DNA of 64,000 nt from Patescibacteria group bacterium (GTDB lineage Bacteria > Patescibacteriota > Minisyncoccia > Phycocordibacterales > PALSA-1337). The stretch spans positions 51,851-115,850 of the forward strand of contig JAZKDJ010000001.1 of the NCBI GenBank assembly GCA_040387635.1. Direction: 5' to 3'. The notes below the pieces were generated by a model. It was not told the DNA's origin. It was given only the letters and a program-made list of their open reading frames with translations, and ran no database searches. How positions within the stretch are numbered: position 1 is the stretch's first letter; the number at the start of each line of letters is the position of its first letter. The position numbers and the translations under genes were made by a program. Below, piece after piece: positions 1 to 8,999 of this stretch.

Positions 1-611
1 TCCAACAATGATTTAAATTCTTCGTGCAATCTTTCAGCAACTAGGGCATATCCCCTATCGTTGGGGTGGATGCCATCTGACATGAGGTCTTTGTGACCAT
101 ATACTCCATCCAAAATGTCTTCAATATAAACTGATCCGGTTTTCTCAGCCAAATCTTCGTAGAGTCCATCGACTGGATCATTGATAAGGCCTCCCCTTAC
201 CCCAACAAGAACCACCACGGCACCCTTATCCTGTATCTGGGTGACAATGCTCTCAAGATTTTTAAATGTTGTAGCTCGTGGAACTCTTCTGATGAAATCG
301 TTTCCTCCAAGCATGACAAGCACGATCTTTGGATCGTTATCCAACACGTCTTCCTTAAGCCTCGCAAGAGCACCTTCTGTCGTATCTCCAGATACGCCTT
401 TGTTGAGGATAGGAACGCCAAGCTTGGCTGAGAGTAGGGTTACATAGTCTTTGCCATCAGAAGATCCTATACCTCGTGTAAGACTGTCCCCGAAGGCGAT
501 TATATTGCCCTTGGACTTTGGTGGGTAGTTCTTGATGTCGTAGTCACTCCAAAGAAAATAGCCAACAAGGATGATAACGATGCAGATGGTGATAGTTACT
601 AGTTTTTTCAT
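1..611 (-). CDS. SGNH/GDSL-family hydrolase (esterase/lipase-like); C-terminus runs off the left edge
   Basis: This is an edge ORF missing from the track. My reverse translation from the ATG at 611 gives MKKLVTITICIVIILVGYFLW (anchor), then IIAFGDSLTRG (GDS block), VMLGGNDF (GxND block) and SDGIHPNDRGY (DxxH block). Confidence 0.75.
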   Translation of the reverse strand, partial: MKKLVTITICIVIILVGYFLWSDYDIKNYPPKSKGNIIAFGDSLTRGIGSSDGKDYVTLLSAKLGVPILNKGVSGDTTEGALARLKEDVLDNDPKIVLVMLGGNDFIRRVPRATTFKNLESIVTQIQDKGAVVVLVGVRGGLINDPVDGLYEDLAEKTGSVYIEDILDGVYGHKDLMSDGIHPNDRGYALVAERLHEEFKSLL

Positions 612-641
612 ATACCAATTAAAGCATATGTTCAGACAAAC

Positions 642-668
642 AAAAAAGCCCCCTTGTGGGGCTTTTTT
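642..668. terminator. Bidirectional intrinsic terminator between convergent genes
   Basis: AAAAAAGCCCC-cttgt-GGGGCTTTTTT: a perfect 5-bp GC stem flanked by an A-run and a T-run. Confidence 0.7.
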
Positions 669-707
669 GTTCAAGCTAGATGCTTGATGATTGTATTTAG
701 TTAGTCT

Positions 708-1223
708 TTAGTTCGTCTTGGGACCATGTACCTGCGAAGCAAACTGGCTTCCGGTCGTAGTCTTGCCCCAACATTTAGATGAAGCGCTCCACGGCTGCGC
801 ACCCTGAGTTTCATATAGATACTTTGCGTATGCCATATTCCCCTCAATAGTATGCAAGTCGATGCCCATCTTTTTAGCTCTTTCACTATGATATCGCTCG
901 TTGATCTGCATCACTCCCACGTCAGCATCGTCCACTCGACCGCGAAGAAGTTTTCCTTCCTTCGTTGAGTGAGTAAATGTAGATTCACATCGTGCGATTT
1001 CAATGAGAAGAGGGGTGTCTTTATAAGCTTCACGAACAAATGATTCGGCATTTCTTGCGCCCTTGGTAGTGTCCGTTAGGGACATTTCCACGGTCGTAGC
1101 CTTACCGAATGGCTCAATGGTTACCGGTGAGTTCCCTATTGCCTGCGCTGCAGTTGCCTGCATGTTTCCTCCAGCCGTAAGCGAAGTCATAAGGAAGCCG
1201 ATAGTTGTTGCGATTTCTATCAT
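708..1223 (-). CDS. Lytic transglycosylase (SLT domain) with N-terminal membrane anchor
   Basis: SLT-type catalytic region IEIARCESTFTH ... DVGVMQINERYH. I trimmed the start to M29 (ATG at 1223) because the 5' part of the track ORF (708..1307, TTG start) coincides with a promoter. Confidence 0.7.
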   Translation of the reverse strand: MIEIATTIGFLMTSLTAGGNMQATAAQAIGNSPVTIEPFGKATTVEMSLTDTTKGARNAESFVREAYKDTPLLIEIARCESTFTHSTKEGKLLRGRVDDADVGVMQINERYHSERAKKMGIDLHTIEGNMAYAKYLYETQGAQPWSASSKCWGKTTTGSQFASQVHGPKTN

Positions 1224-1278
1224 AAATGAAAAGTGAGGTACTTTGATATGATCTAGTAACCTCACTTGTTCATAGATA

Positions 1279-1307
1279 ATGATAGCATATCTAACATTAA
1301 TTGTCAA
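1279..1307 (-). promoter_or_regulatory. Sigma70-like promoter of the SLT gene
   Basis: On the minus strand: TTGACA (1302-1307), a 17-nt spacer, then TATCAT (1279-1284). Confidence 0.5.
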
Positions 1308-1604
1308 TGAAAACCACTTTTCTTTTGGTCTGGCGGCTGTTTATTAAATGGCTCAACAAGGCCACATTTATGCCAAAAGACTAAACCACGGCTTAACCAA
1401 GGTGTCAAAAAATGGCTTAACCACTAGACCTCAAAACACCCCTCCCTACCCTGTCTGAACCGGGTTTTGACTGAGACGTATGCCTTCCAAGGGTCATTGC
1501 TCTGAGTTCGCCATTTTTCCTCAGTTTAATGCCAATTCTCTTGCATTTCTTATGATTTCCTATATACTAATCTTCACTAAGTAGAAACTACGAAATAACC
1601 AACT

Positions 1605-1877
1605 ATGGCAACAAAAAAATCGGCAGGTGTCAGTAAAAACGGTAGAGATTCGGGACCTCAGTATCTAGGCGTCAAAATCAATGATGGCGCGCTAGCTCTC
1701 GTGGGTCAGATTATCGTACGACAGCGAGGTACGCCTTATATGCCTGGCAAGAATGTAGGCATCGGCAAGGACCATACTCTTTTCGCCCTCAAGGAAGGAA
1801 AGGTTAAGTTCGGAACCAAGCGAAAGACGAATTTCGACAACACTATCTCTCGAAAGAACATCGTTCACGTAATTTAA
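1605..1877 (+). CDS. rpmA: 50S ribosomal protein L27
   Basis: [24 protein letters not shown]...IIVRQRGT...[15 protein letters not shown] is the typical L27 sequence at about 90 aa. An upstream TTGCAT-16-TATACT promoter lies near 1550-1577. Confidence 0.95.
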   Translation: MATKKSAGVSKNGRDSGPQYLGVKINDGALALVGQIIVRQRGTPYMPGKNVGIGKDHTLFALKEGKVKFGTKRKTNFDNTISRKNIVHVI

Positions 1878-1880
1878 GTA

Positions 1881-1975
1881 AAACAAAAACGCCTTCGTAA
1901 GACCGGAAAAGTTCGCTAACTTTTCCTGAGTCCTCACCCTCTTCGGGTTGCGGATGTCTTACTCAGGCGTTTTTT
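1881..1975. terminator. Compound terminator / roughly 95-nt multi-hairpin element between convergent rpmA and rplI
   Basis: The outer stems AACGCCT/AGGCGTT and GTAAGAC/GTCTTAC enclose two hairpins (GGAAAAGTT/AACTTTTCC and ACCC-tcttc-GGGT). An A-run lies on the left and a T-run on the right. Confidence 0.55.
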
Positions 1976-1988
1976 GTTTACTTAATAT

Positions 1989-2435
1989 TTACTTCTTATT
2001 CTCAATCACGAGCTTGAACTTCCCTTTCTTGGAGCCTGCCTGGATGTTTATGACGTGTTCGCCAGTCTCTTTGATTGGATGGTCGAGCATAACGAAGCTT
2101 GGGATAATATCGATTCGGAGAGCCTTCTTCACTTCAGCTACAATCTCTTCTTTATGAAGTCCTGCGAAGAGATGACCCTTATCATTTGCCTTGGCAGTAA
2201 TCGTAACTAGCTGTCCGTCCAACTCGGTGATGTTCTTCTCAAGGAGAGACTCGTTCACCTTCTTGCGAGTCTCGTCTTCTGCAACAAGCTTGCTAATCTT
2301 TGCTATTGCCTCAGGAGTAGCAGCGATCGCTAGTCCCTTTGGGAACAGAAGGTTTCGTGCGTATCCTTCTGACATTTCTTTAGTTTCGTACTTCTTGGCT
2401 ACCTTATGAACATCTTTTAGGAAAATTACTTTCAT
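1989..2435 (-). CDS. rplI: 50S ribosomal protein L9
   Basis: MKVIFLKDV...[13 protein letters not shown] is the typical L9 N-domain; 148 aa. Confidence 0.9.
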   Translation of the reverse strand: MKVIFLKDVHKVAKKYETKEMSEGYARNLLFPKGLAIAATPEAIAKISKLVAEDETRKKVNESLLEKNITELDGQLVTITAKANDKGHLFAGLHKEEIVAEVKKALRIDIIPSFVMLDHPIKETGEHVINIQAGSKKGKFKLVIENKK

Positions 2436-2440
2436 TGTGA

Positions 2441-3721
2441 TTATTTAAGGTTCTTAAGCATGTCTATGGCTTTCTGCATCTGTACATCGTTCTTTGCTTT
2501 GACGTCCTCAGGCTTAATCTCAACGAGCTCATCAGGAGTCAAACCTTCCTTAGAGAGGTTCACACCCTTTGGTGTAAGCCATCGAGCTACAGTTACCTTG
2601 AGAGCTGTGTCAGGAGTGATAGATATAACTTCCTGAACTGAACCCTTACCGAATGTCTTAGTTCCAACGAGCTTCGCTACTCCATGTTCCTGAAGAGCAC
2701 CTGCAAGAATCTCTGAAGCTGAGGCTGAACCCTTGTCTACGAGAACGATCATCTTGAGGTCACCCTTAGGAAAGGCATTATGTCCCTTGCTTCTATAGTA
2801 CTTTTTCTCCATGTTCTCTCCGAAGTCCTCAACAACCACAACTTCACCTGCAGGAAGGAAGTAGCTTGCCATATCCCATGCTGCGTTTAGATATCCTCCT
2901 GGATTGCCTCGAAGATCGAGAATGAGCTTATTTGAACCTGACTTAACGAAATCACGGAGCGCGTTTCTGAAAAGATCCGTAGAGTTCTCAGTGAAGCCAT
3001 AGAGTCTCAAGACGAATATGTCGCCTTCTACAAGTCCGTTTTGTTTTACCTTAATGTTTGCACCCAGAGAGCCTGGCTTAGCGCTTGTTTCAACTGTAGG
3101 CATATCAATCACATCACGAGTGATACTAATCACTTCCGGCGCGTTGGTACCAACCTTGAGGAAGGTAATCTTTACGACAGTTCCCTTCTTTCCTCGAATC
3201 AGTTTTACCGCCTTATCAACCGCCATACCTGTCGCTTCTGTATCATCAATCTTGAGAATTCTGTCTCCTGTCTGTACGCCAGCCTTTTCTGCAGGGCTGT
3301 TCTTGAGAGGTGCAACTACTGTGAGAAAATCCTCTTTGAGGCCAATTTCCATTCCAACTCCCTCGAAGTTACCCTTGATATCGCTTTCAAATGTCTTGGT
3401 TTCTTCAGGATCAAAGAAAACCGTATACGGATCGCCTGTTGATTCAGCCAGACCTTTAATAGCACCCCAAATCTTTTGTTCTTCTGTAGTAGATGCTCGA
3501 TCTACGTATTTCTCGTTCAAAACCTTCCAGGCTCGCAAGAATGGGATGAGTTCCTGTTCTGTAAGTCCAACCTGGTTCAAAAGCGAGGCGCTTGGAGCTA
3601 ACCCTGTACCAGCTCCCTGCACTACGGATTTTCCGCCTGTATAATTGCCAATTACAAACACAACAATAAGCGCGAAACTAATTAAAATCGCACGCAAAAG
3701 TTTTGGGTGGGAAGTATTCAT
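2441..3721 (-). CDS. ctpA: Carboxyl-terminal processing peptidase (S41 family) with PDZ domain
   Basis: N-terminal TM, PDZ ([13 protein letters not shown]), and S41 blocks RGNPGGYL and [18 protein letters not shown]. Confidence 0.85.
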   Translation of the reverse strand: MNTSHPKLLRAILISFALIVVFVIGNYTGGKSVVQGAGTGLAPSASLLNQVGLTEQELIPFLRAWKVLNEKYVDRASTTEEQKIWGAIKGLAESTGDPYTVFFDPEETKTFESDIKGNFEGVGMEIGLKEDFLTVVAPLKNSPAEKAGVQTGDRILKIDDTEATGMAVDKAVKLIRGKKGTVVKITFLKVGTNAPEVISITRDVIDMPTVETSAKPGSLGANIKVKQNGLVEGDIFVLRLYGFTENSTDLFRNALRDFVKSGSNKLILDLRGNPGGYLNAAWDMASYFLPAGEVVVVEDFGENMEKKYYRSKGHNAFPKGDLKMIVLVDKGSASASEILAGALQEHGVAKLVGTKTFGKGSVQEVISITPDTALKVTVARWLTPKGVNLSKEGLTPDELVEIKPEDVKAKNDVQMQKAIDMLKNLK

Positions 3722-3776
3722 GAAGTCTATTATCGCAAATATTCCAGTCTAATACAAATAATGCTACAATTCTTCC

Positions 3777-4706
3777 ATGATTCAGACATACAAATACAAT
3801 CATTTGACCTGGGTGGACATTCAAAGCCCCACCAGCGACGATATTGCGACCATTCTTAGAGACTACAAACTACATCCTCTCGTAGCTGAAGAAATCCTCT
3901 CCCCCTCTTCCAAAGCCAAGATTGAACGATACGACGAGTACCTCTATGCCGTCCTTCACTTCCCCGTCCGAGTTCGTTCTTCTGAAGAAAACAGCTTCAC
4001 TGTTGAAGAGAAAGAAATCGACTTCATTATCGGCAAAAGCTACGTCATTTCTGTTACCTACAGCACCGTTGAACCGCTGCAAAATTTTGCCAAAGTATTT
4101 GAAGTTAACTCAATCGTAGACAAAGCAGGAACCAGAGATATCAATAGACATGCTGGGTTTATTTTCTATTACATGCTCAAGCGACTCTATGGATCGGTCA
4201 ACAATGACCTCCAAGCTATTGAGAAATCTCTTTATGTAGGAGAAAAGAAAATTTTCTTGGGAGAAGAACGATACATGGTGCGTTTCCTCTCTGAAATCAA
4301 CCGCGAGCTTATCGATATCAAGCACGGACTACGAGGGCATCGTGATGTTCTCTCATACTTCAGCCAGATGCATTTGTTCGGGGATGATTTCGGCTATTAC
4401 AGCACAGACCTTCAGACCGAATATCAGAAAGCTCATGAGTTCACCGTCAGCAACAGAGACCTCCTCAGCGAACTTCGAGACACCAACGACTCTTTGCTTA
4501 CAACAAAACAAAACGAGACCATGAAAGTTTTCACCATCATGGCCTTCGTCACCTTCCCGCTGACCCTTATTATAGACATCCTTACAGTTCCTTCAGACCA
4601 CAACCCAATCATGGGTCTGCGATTTGACTTCGAGATAATTCTGGGAATAATGATACTCGCCACACTAGCAATGTTCTGGTATTTCAAGCATAAAAAATGG
4701 CTGTAA
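3777..4706 (+). CDS. CorA-like divalent cation transporter, divergent (no GMN motif)
   Basis: CorA-like length and layout, with two C-terminal TMs and the terminal FKHKKWL. The position of the canonical YGMNF loop reads DILTVPSDHNP. Confidence 0.6.
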   Translation: MIQTYKYNHLTWVDIQSPTSDDIATILRDYKLHPLVAEEILSPSSKAKIERYDEYLYAVLHFPVRVRSSEENSFTVEEKEIDFIIGKSYVISVTYSTVEPLQNFAKVFEVNSIVDKAGTRDINRHAGFIFYYMLKRLYGSVNNDLQAIEKSLYVGEKKIFLGEERYMVRFLSEINRELIDIKHGLRGHRDVLSYFSQMHLFGDDFGYYSTDLQTEYQKAHEFTVSNRDLLSELRDTNDSLLTTKQNETMKVFTIMAFVTFPLTLIIDILTVPSDHNPIMGLRFDFEIILGIMILATLAMFWYFKHKKWL

Positions 4707-6070
4707 CTCTCTATAACACCCTCACTTCCCGCAAGGAAGAATTTGTCCCTATCCACAAGGGCAAGGTTTCTATGTATCACTGTGGTCCTACCGTCTATGA
4801 CTCTGTTCATATAGGAAATCTCAGGACAGCTACATTTAATGACCTTCTTCGAAGAATGTTCGAATTCAGCGGCTACAAGGTACAGCAAGTAATGAATATC
4901 ACGGACATTGATGACAAGACTTTGAGACGAAGCAAGGCCGAAGGAATTTCTTTGGAAGAACTCACACAGAAGTACGAGAAAAAATTCTTCGACGATGTGA
5001 GCACACTACATATCTTGCGACCTCATAATGTTCTTCGTGCTACTGAGCATATAGAAGAGATGGTCAAGATCATCGGCATGCTCCTAGAGAAAGACATCGC
5101 ATACGCTACCAAGGATGGCGTATATATGAGCATTGGAAAAGTGAAGAACTACGGAGAATTGGCTCACCTCACAACCAAAGACATCATCGGCGCTCCTACT
5201 GGCCATGAAAGAATCGCGAGCGATGAATACGAAAAAGAAAACCCACGCGACTTTGCACTATGGAAGTTCCATTGTGAAGACGACGGTAAGGTTTATTGGC
5301 ATGCTCCATTCGGTAAAGGCCGCCCGGGTTGGCACATCGAATGTTCCGCTATGGCCCACAAAGCAATAGGCCCAACCGTCGATATTCATACAGGAGGCGC
5401 TGATTTACTATTCCCTCACCACACCAACGAAATCGCTCAATCAGAATCAGCATTTGAAACTAAGTTCGTAAACTACTGGATGCATGGCGGTATGATGAAT
5501 ATGAACGACGAGAAAATGTCCAAGTCAAAAGGCAACATTTTCAAGCTAGACGATTTGCTCGAAGAGAAAATCGCTCCCCTCGCCTACCGATTCTGGCTTC
5601 TCCAAGCTCACTATCGAACACAGGTAAACTTCAAACTCGAAGCTCTTCGTGGTGCACAGCAAGCACTAATTCGATTCATTCATACTTACATTTCACTACC
5701 GGAAGGAGGAACAATAGACGAAAACTACAAAGAGAAATTCCTAAGCCTAATCCAGGACGACTTGAACATGCCTGAAGCTCTCGCGCTTGCGTTCGAACTT
5801 CTCAAAGATCCGAATGTAAAGCCTGAAGACAAGAAAGCAACGCTCCGTGACTTTGACCAAGTATTTGGAATTAATTTTGATACATTCACAGGAATTGATC
5901 AGGGAGCCAACGAAAAAATCCCTCAAGAGATTGAAGTACTCGCTTCCCTACGAGAAGAAGCTCGAAATGCAAAAGAATGGGACAAGGCTGATGCCCTACG
6001 CAAAGAGATTAACGAACGTGGATATGAGATAAAAGATGAGGATAAAGGATATTCAGTGAGGAAGATGTAG
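4697..6070 (+). CDS. cysS: Cysteine--tRNA ligase
   Basis: Class I motifs HIGN (SVHIGNLR) and KMSKS. The start overlaps the corA-like stop by 10 nt. Confidence 0.95.
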   Translation: MAVTLYNTLTSRKEEFVPIHKGKVSMYHCGPTVYDSVHIGNLRTATFNDLLRRMFEFSGYKVQQVMNITDIDDKTLRRSKAEGISLEELTQKYEKKFFDDVSTLHILRPHNVLRATEHIEEMVKIIGMLLEKDIAYATKDGVYMSIGKVKNYGELAHLTTKDIIGAPTGHERIASDEYEKENPRDFALWKFHCEDDGKVYWHAPFGKGRPGWHIECSAMAHKAIGPTVDIHTGGADLLFPHHTNEIAQSESAFETKFVNYWMHGGMMNMNDEKMSKSKGNIFKLDDLLEEKIAPLAYRFWLLQAHYRTQVNFKLEALRGAQQALIRFIHTYISLPEGGTIDENYKEKFLSLIQDDLNMPEALALAFELLKDPNVKPEDKKATLRDFDQVFGINFDTFTGIDQGANEKIPQEIEVLASLREEARNAKEWDKADALRKEINERGYEIKDEDKGYSVRKM

Positions 6071-6158
6071 AGTTTGATGAAGTTTTGCATTTCTCCCCAA
6101 CTTAGACACACTTTATACCCTTTGCATAATTGCCGCCTAACCGTTTGCAAATGCTATA

Positions 6159-7571
6159 ATGACTGGCATGAAGCAACAGACAGCATCTCCATATTACAAA
6201 GCCGATCAACTGAAGATCCCTCCACAAAGTTTGGAGGCTGAGAAAGCTTTACTCGGATCAATCATGATCCGACCGGAGATGATGTACGAAGTGATGGACA
6301 TCACCAAAGAAGAATCGTTCTACTCAGAGCGACACCGATTGATCTGGGGCGCCATGTTGGAACTCCATAGCAAGGCAACTCCAATCGACCTTCTCTCCCT
6401 CTCTACTCGACTCAAAGAAAAAAGCGTACTCGATCATGTTGGAGGTATGAGCTATTTGACTGAGCTCGTCAGCGAAGTTCCTTCTTCAAGCAACGCTACA
6501 TATTACGCTCAGATCATTCAGAAGAAAAAGATTATGCGTGATCTTATTGTCGCAGCTGAGCATATTGGTACGCTTGGCTTCAACGAAGCTGGAGACCTCG
6601 AAGAGATCCTTGATGAGGCTGAGAAAAAGATCTTCGACGTTACCAACTTCACAAGCCACCACAAGTTCGTAGAGATCAAAAACGAGCTTGAAGGCGCATT
6701 CGAGCGAATTGATAAATTGCATGCAACAAAGGGAGAACTTCGAGGAGTACACACAGGATTCAAAGAACTTGATGACAAGCTTTCAGGTTTCCAGAAATCC
6801 GACCTCATTATCCTCGCTGCCCGACCTTCCATGGGTAAGACTTCCCTAGCTCTCGATATTGCTCGAAAGTCAGCCATCCTTCACCAAACACCTGTAGGTA
6901 TTTTCTCATTGGAAATGAGCGCCCAACAGCTCGTTGACCGTATGCTTTCTGCTGAATCACAGGTTGATTCATGGAAACTACGAACAGGTCAGGGACTTTC
7001 TATAGAACATGACTTCGGCAAACTACGTGATGCCATGGGTCGCCTCTCAGGAGCGCCTATTTATATCGAAGATACACCAGGAAACAACATCCTCAAGATG
7101 CGTTCTATTGCCCGCCGACTCAAGAGCGAGAAAGGTCTTGGTCTTATCATCGTAGACTACTTGCAGCTCATGGTACCTGTTCAAAGCCGAAATACTGATA
7201 ACGTTGTGCAGCAGGTTACTGAAATTTCTCGATCCCTAAAGAACCTTGCAAGAGAGCTTGAAGTTCCTGTGATTGCCCTATCTCAGTTGTCCCGAGCCGT
7301 AGAACAGCGTGGAGGTGAACCTCGATTGTCTGACCTTCGAGACTCAGGTTCCATCGAGCAGGATGCCGACATCGTTATGTTCATTCACCGAGAAGACAAG
7401 TACAACAAAGACTCTGCTCGTCCAAACATCGCAAAAATCATGATCGAGAAGCACCGAAACGGTCCTACTGGAGTTATTGAACTTTTCTTCGACGACAAAA
7501 AAACAAGCTTCGTCAGCATCGAGAAGAGCGACTTCGGAGAGTTTGATGGAGGAGGCAGCGGAGGTTTCTAG
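6159..7571 (+). CDS. dnaB: Replicative DNA helicase DnaB
   Basis: N-terminal DnaB domain (PPQSLEAEKALLGSIM), Walker A ARPSMGKTSLAL, and IIVDYLQLM. Confidence 0.95.
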   Translation: MTGMKQQTASPYYKADQLKIPPQSLEAEKALLGSIMIRPEMMYEVMDITKEESFYSERHRLIWGAMLELHSKATPIDLLSLSTRLKEKSVLDHVGGMSYLTELVSEVPSSSNATYYAQIIQKKKIMRDLIVAAEHIGTLGFNEAGDLEEILDEAEKKIFDVTNFTSHHKFVEIKNELEGAFERIDKLHATKGELRGVHTGFKELDDKLSGFQKSDLIILAARPSMGKTSLALDIARKSAILHQTPVGIFSLEMSAQQLVDRMLSAESQVDSWKLRTGQGLSIEHDFGKLRDAMGRLSGAPIYIEDTPGNNILKMRSIARRLKSEKGLGLIIVDYLQLMVPVQSRNTDNVVQQVTEISRSLKNLARELEVPVIALSQLSRAVEQRGGEPRLSDLRDSGSIEQDADIVMFIHREDKYNKDSARPNIAKIMIEKHRNGPTGVIELFFDDKKTSFVSIEKSDFGEFDGGGSGGF

Positions 7572-7577
7572 AACGAT

Positions 7578-8195
7578 ATGGATCCATTCAATTCCCTTAT
7601 CAGATACTTTGAAGAGTTCCCGGGCATAGGTCCGCGCCAGGCGCGGCGTTTTGCGTATTACCTCCTCAGCCGTCCATCTCATGAACTTCAGGATATTTCA
7701 GAGCTCATAGTCCACATCAAGCAAAGCATCAAAAAATGCTCGCTCTGCCATCGCCGATTCTCTTCCCGAGACGAGACTTCCCTATGCGGCATCTGTGCTA
7801 ACCCTGCTCGAGACAACAGCCTACTCATGGTTGTTAGCCGTGAAGGTGACCTCGACGCTATCGAGAAGAGCGGCGTCTACACCGGCCTATATTTCGTACT
7901 TGGAGGCAATGTTCCAATATTAGAGAAGGAACCAGAGAAGAAGATCCGAATCAAGGAACTCATAGACAGAGTTGATGCCGACTCCCAATCAGGACTCCTC
8001 AAAGAGCTCATCCTTTCCTTGAGCGCTACCCCAGAGGGTGAACATACAACTCAATATGTTGTAAGCGCTATTAGAGAGAAATCAATGGCCCTTGGAATAA
8101 AACTCTCGAGCCTAGGCCGAGGTCTCTCTACAGGTAGCGAACTGGAATATGCAGATCCAGACACTCTGCGGGATGCTCTAAATAACCGCAGATAA
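7578..8195 (+). CDS. recR: Recombination protein RecR
   Basis: HhH FPGIGPRQARRFAYYLL, a Cys4 finger CSLCHRRF...CGICAN, and a Toprim-like C-terminus. Confidence 0.9.
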   Translation: MDPFNSLIRYFEEFPGIGPRQARRFAYYLLSRPSHELQDISELIVHIKQSIKKCSLCHRRFSSRDETSLCGICANPARDNSLLMVVSREGDLDAIEKSGVYTGLYFVLGGNVPILEKEPEKKIRIKELIDRVDADSQSGLLKELILSLSATPEGEHTTQYVVSAIREKSMALGIKLSSLGRGLSTGSELEYADPDTLRDALNNRR

Positions 8196-8200
8196 CAAAC

Positions 8201-8230
8201 AACGGCTCCTTCGCATGCGAAGGAGCCGTT
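8201..8230. terminator. Bidirectional terminator (perfect 30-nt palindrome)
   Basis: AACGGCTCCTTCGCATGCGAAGGAGCCGTT lies between recR (+) and the 77-aa ORF (-). Confidence 0.7.
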
Positions 8231-8256
8231 TGTGTTAAACGTCTGTTTGATTGTGC

Positions 8257-8490
8257 TTAGTGAAGGGTTTCAATCAACCCCTTGCGAGTACCATAGTAAT
8301 GGATACCCAGAAGAAGTGCGAAAACCGCGGCGGTCCCCAGGAGGCCCATGGAGCTGTCGGGAAGATGAACCGGATCCGCATGCGAATGCAGAAGCGGCAC
8401 GTCATCCATGCCATTGCCGTAATGAGCCTGGGCAGGCACTAAAGTTGCCGCCAGAGCAAACAAACAGATGAGAAGAACTTTCGTTTTCAT
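8257..8490 (-). CDS. Small secreted protein with a PEP-CTERM/VPDSG-CTERM-like C-terminal sorting tail
   Basis: Signal peptide MKTKVLLICLFALAATLVPAQA. The C-terminus is HLPDSSMGLLGTAAVFALLLGI followed by basic residues (TRKG). The ORF is GC-rich, has an upstream TGGTATAAA extended -10, and is flanked by terminators. Confidence 0.5.
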   Translation of the reverse strand: MKTKVLLICLFALAATLVPAQAHYGNGMDDVPLLHSHADPVHLPDSSMGLLGTAAVFALLLGIHYYGTRKGLIETLH

Positions 8491-8547
8491 AGGATATCTA
8501 CTGAATTCCGAGCTTGGACTTGGCTTTTTATACCATAGTAGAGCTAT

Positions 8548-8586
8548 AAAAGCAAAAGGCCTCCCGATGGGAGGCCTTTTGCTTTT
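8548..8586. terminator. Bidirectional intrinsic terminator downstream of rplU
   Basis: AAAAGCAAAAGGCCTCCC-gat-GGGAGGCCTTTTGCTTTT. Confidence 0.75.
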
Positions 8587-8607
8587 ATATCTAAACCCTT
8601 ACCTAGC

Positions 8608-8928
8608 TTACTTGAGTGCGTCGATCTTAACCTGGAAGTAAGGCTGTCGATGGCCGTTTTTCTTGAAATATCGGCTCTTCTGCTTGTACCTAATAACATC
8701 AACCTTAGGAGATCGTCCAATCGCAGTAATTGTAGCGCTAACCTTGGCGTCGTTAATAAAAGGCGTTCCGATAGTCGTGTCTGAACCGTTGTCGACAAGG
8801 AGAACCTTATCGAATACGACAGCGTCGCCGATCTTATGTTCGCCGGTCATTTTCTCGATTTTTACAGTATCGCCAACAGCAACTTTGTACTGTTTGCCTC
8901 CTGTTTGAATTACTGCAAATTCTTTCAT
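8608..8928 (-). CDS. rplU: 50S ribosomal protein L21
   Basis: MKEFAVIQTGGKQYKV...VIRYKQKSRYFKKNGHRQPYFQVKI is typical L21. Confidence 0.95.
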   Translation of the reverse strand: MKEFAVIQTGGKQYKVAVGDTVKIEKMTGEHKIGDAVVFDKVLLVDNGSDTTIGTPFINDAKVSATITAIGRSPKVDVIRYKQKSRYFKKNGHRQPYFQVKIDALK

Positions 8929-8999
8929 AGTTTTAACATTCTACACTTTTAGCTTTAAATTGCAAGGCCTATTGGCCAGAATACCTTCCCCACCCGAAC

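Noticed and set aside
1348-1458. A 36-aa ORF (MAQQGHIYAKRLNHGLTKVSKNGLTTRPQNTPPYPV) spans the direct repeats upstream of rpmA.
   Set aside because: It has no SD or promoter, and the repeat-derived sequence is the simpler explanation for the open frame.
3018-3644. A 208-aa plus-strand ORF lies antisense to the S41 peptidase. Similar antisense ORFs occur in valS (16248-16733), the EamA gene (14890-15345), murA (42636-43088) and elsewhere.
   Set aside because: All are shadow ORFs opposite well-supported genes, with low-complexity composition and no independent signals.
8232-8471. Plus-strand ORFs of 79 aa and 63 aa overlap the 77-aa secreted-peptide gene.
   Set aside because: They are Pro/Arg/Glu-rich with no signal features. 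The minus-strand frame gives a clean signal peptide plus a C-terminal anchor, and it matches the promoter and terminator orientation.
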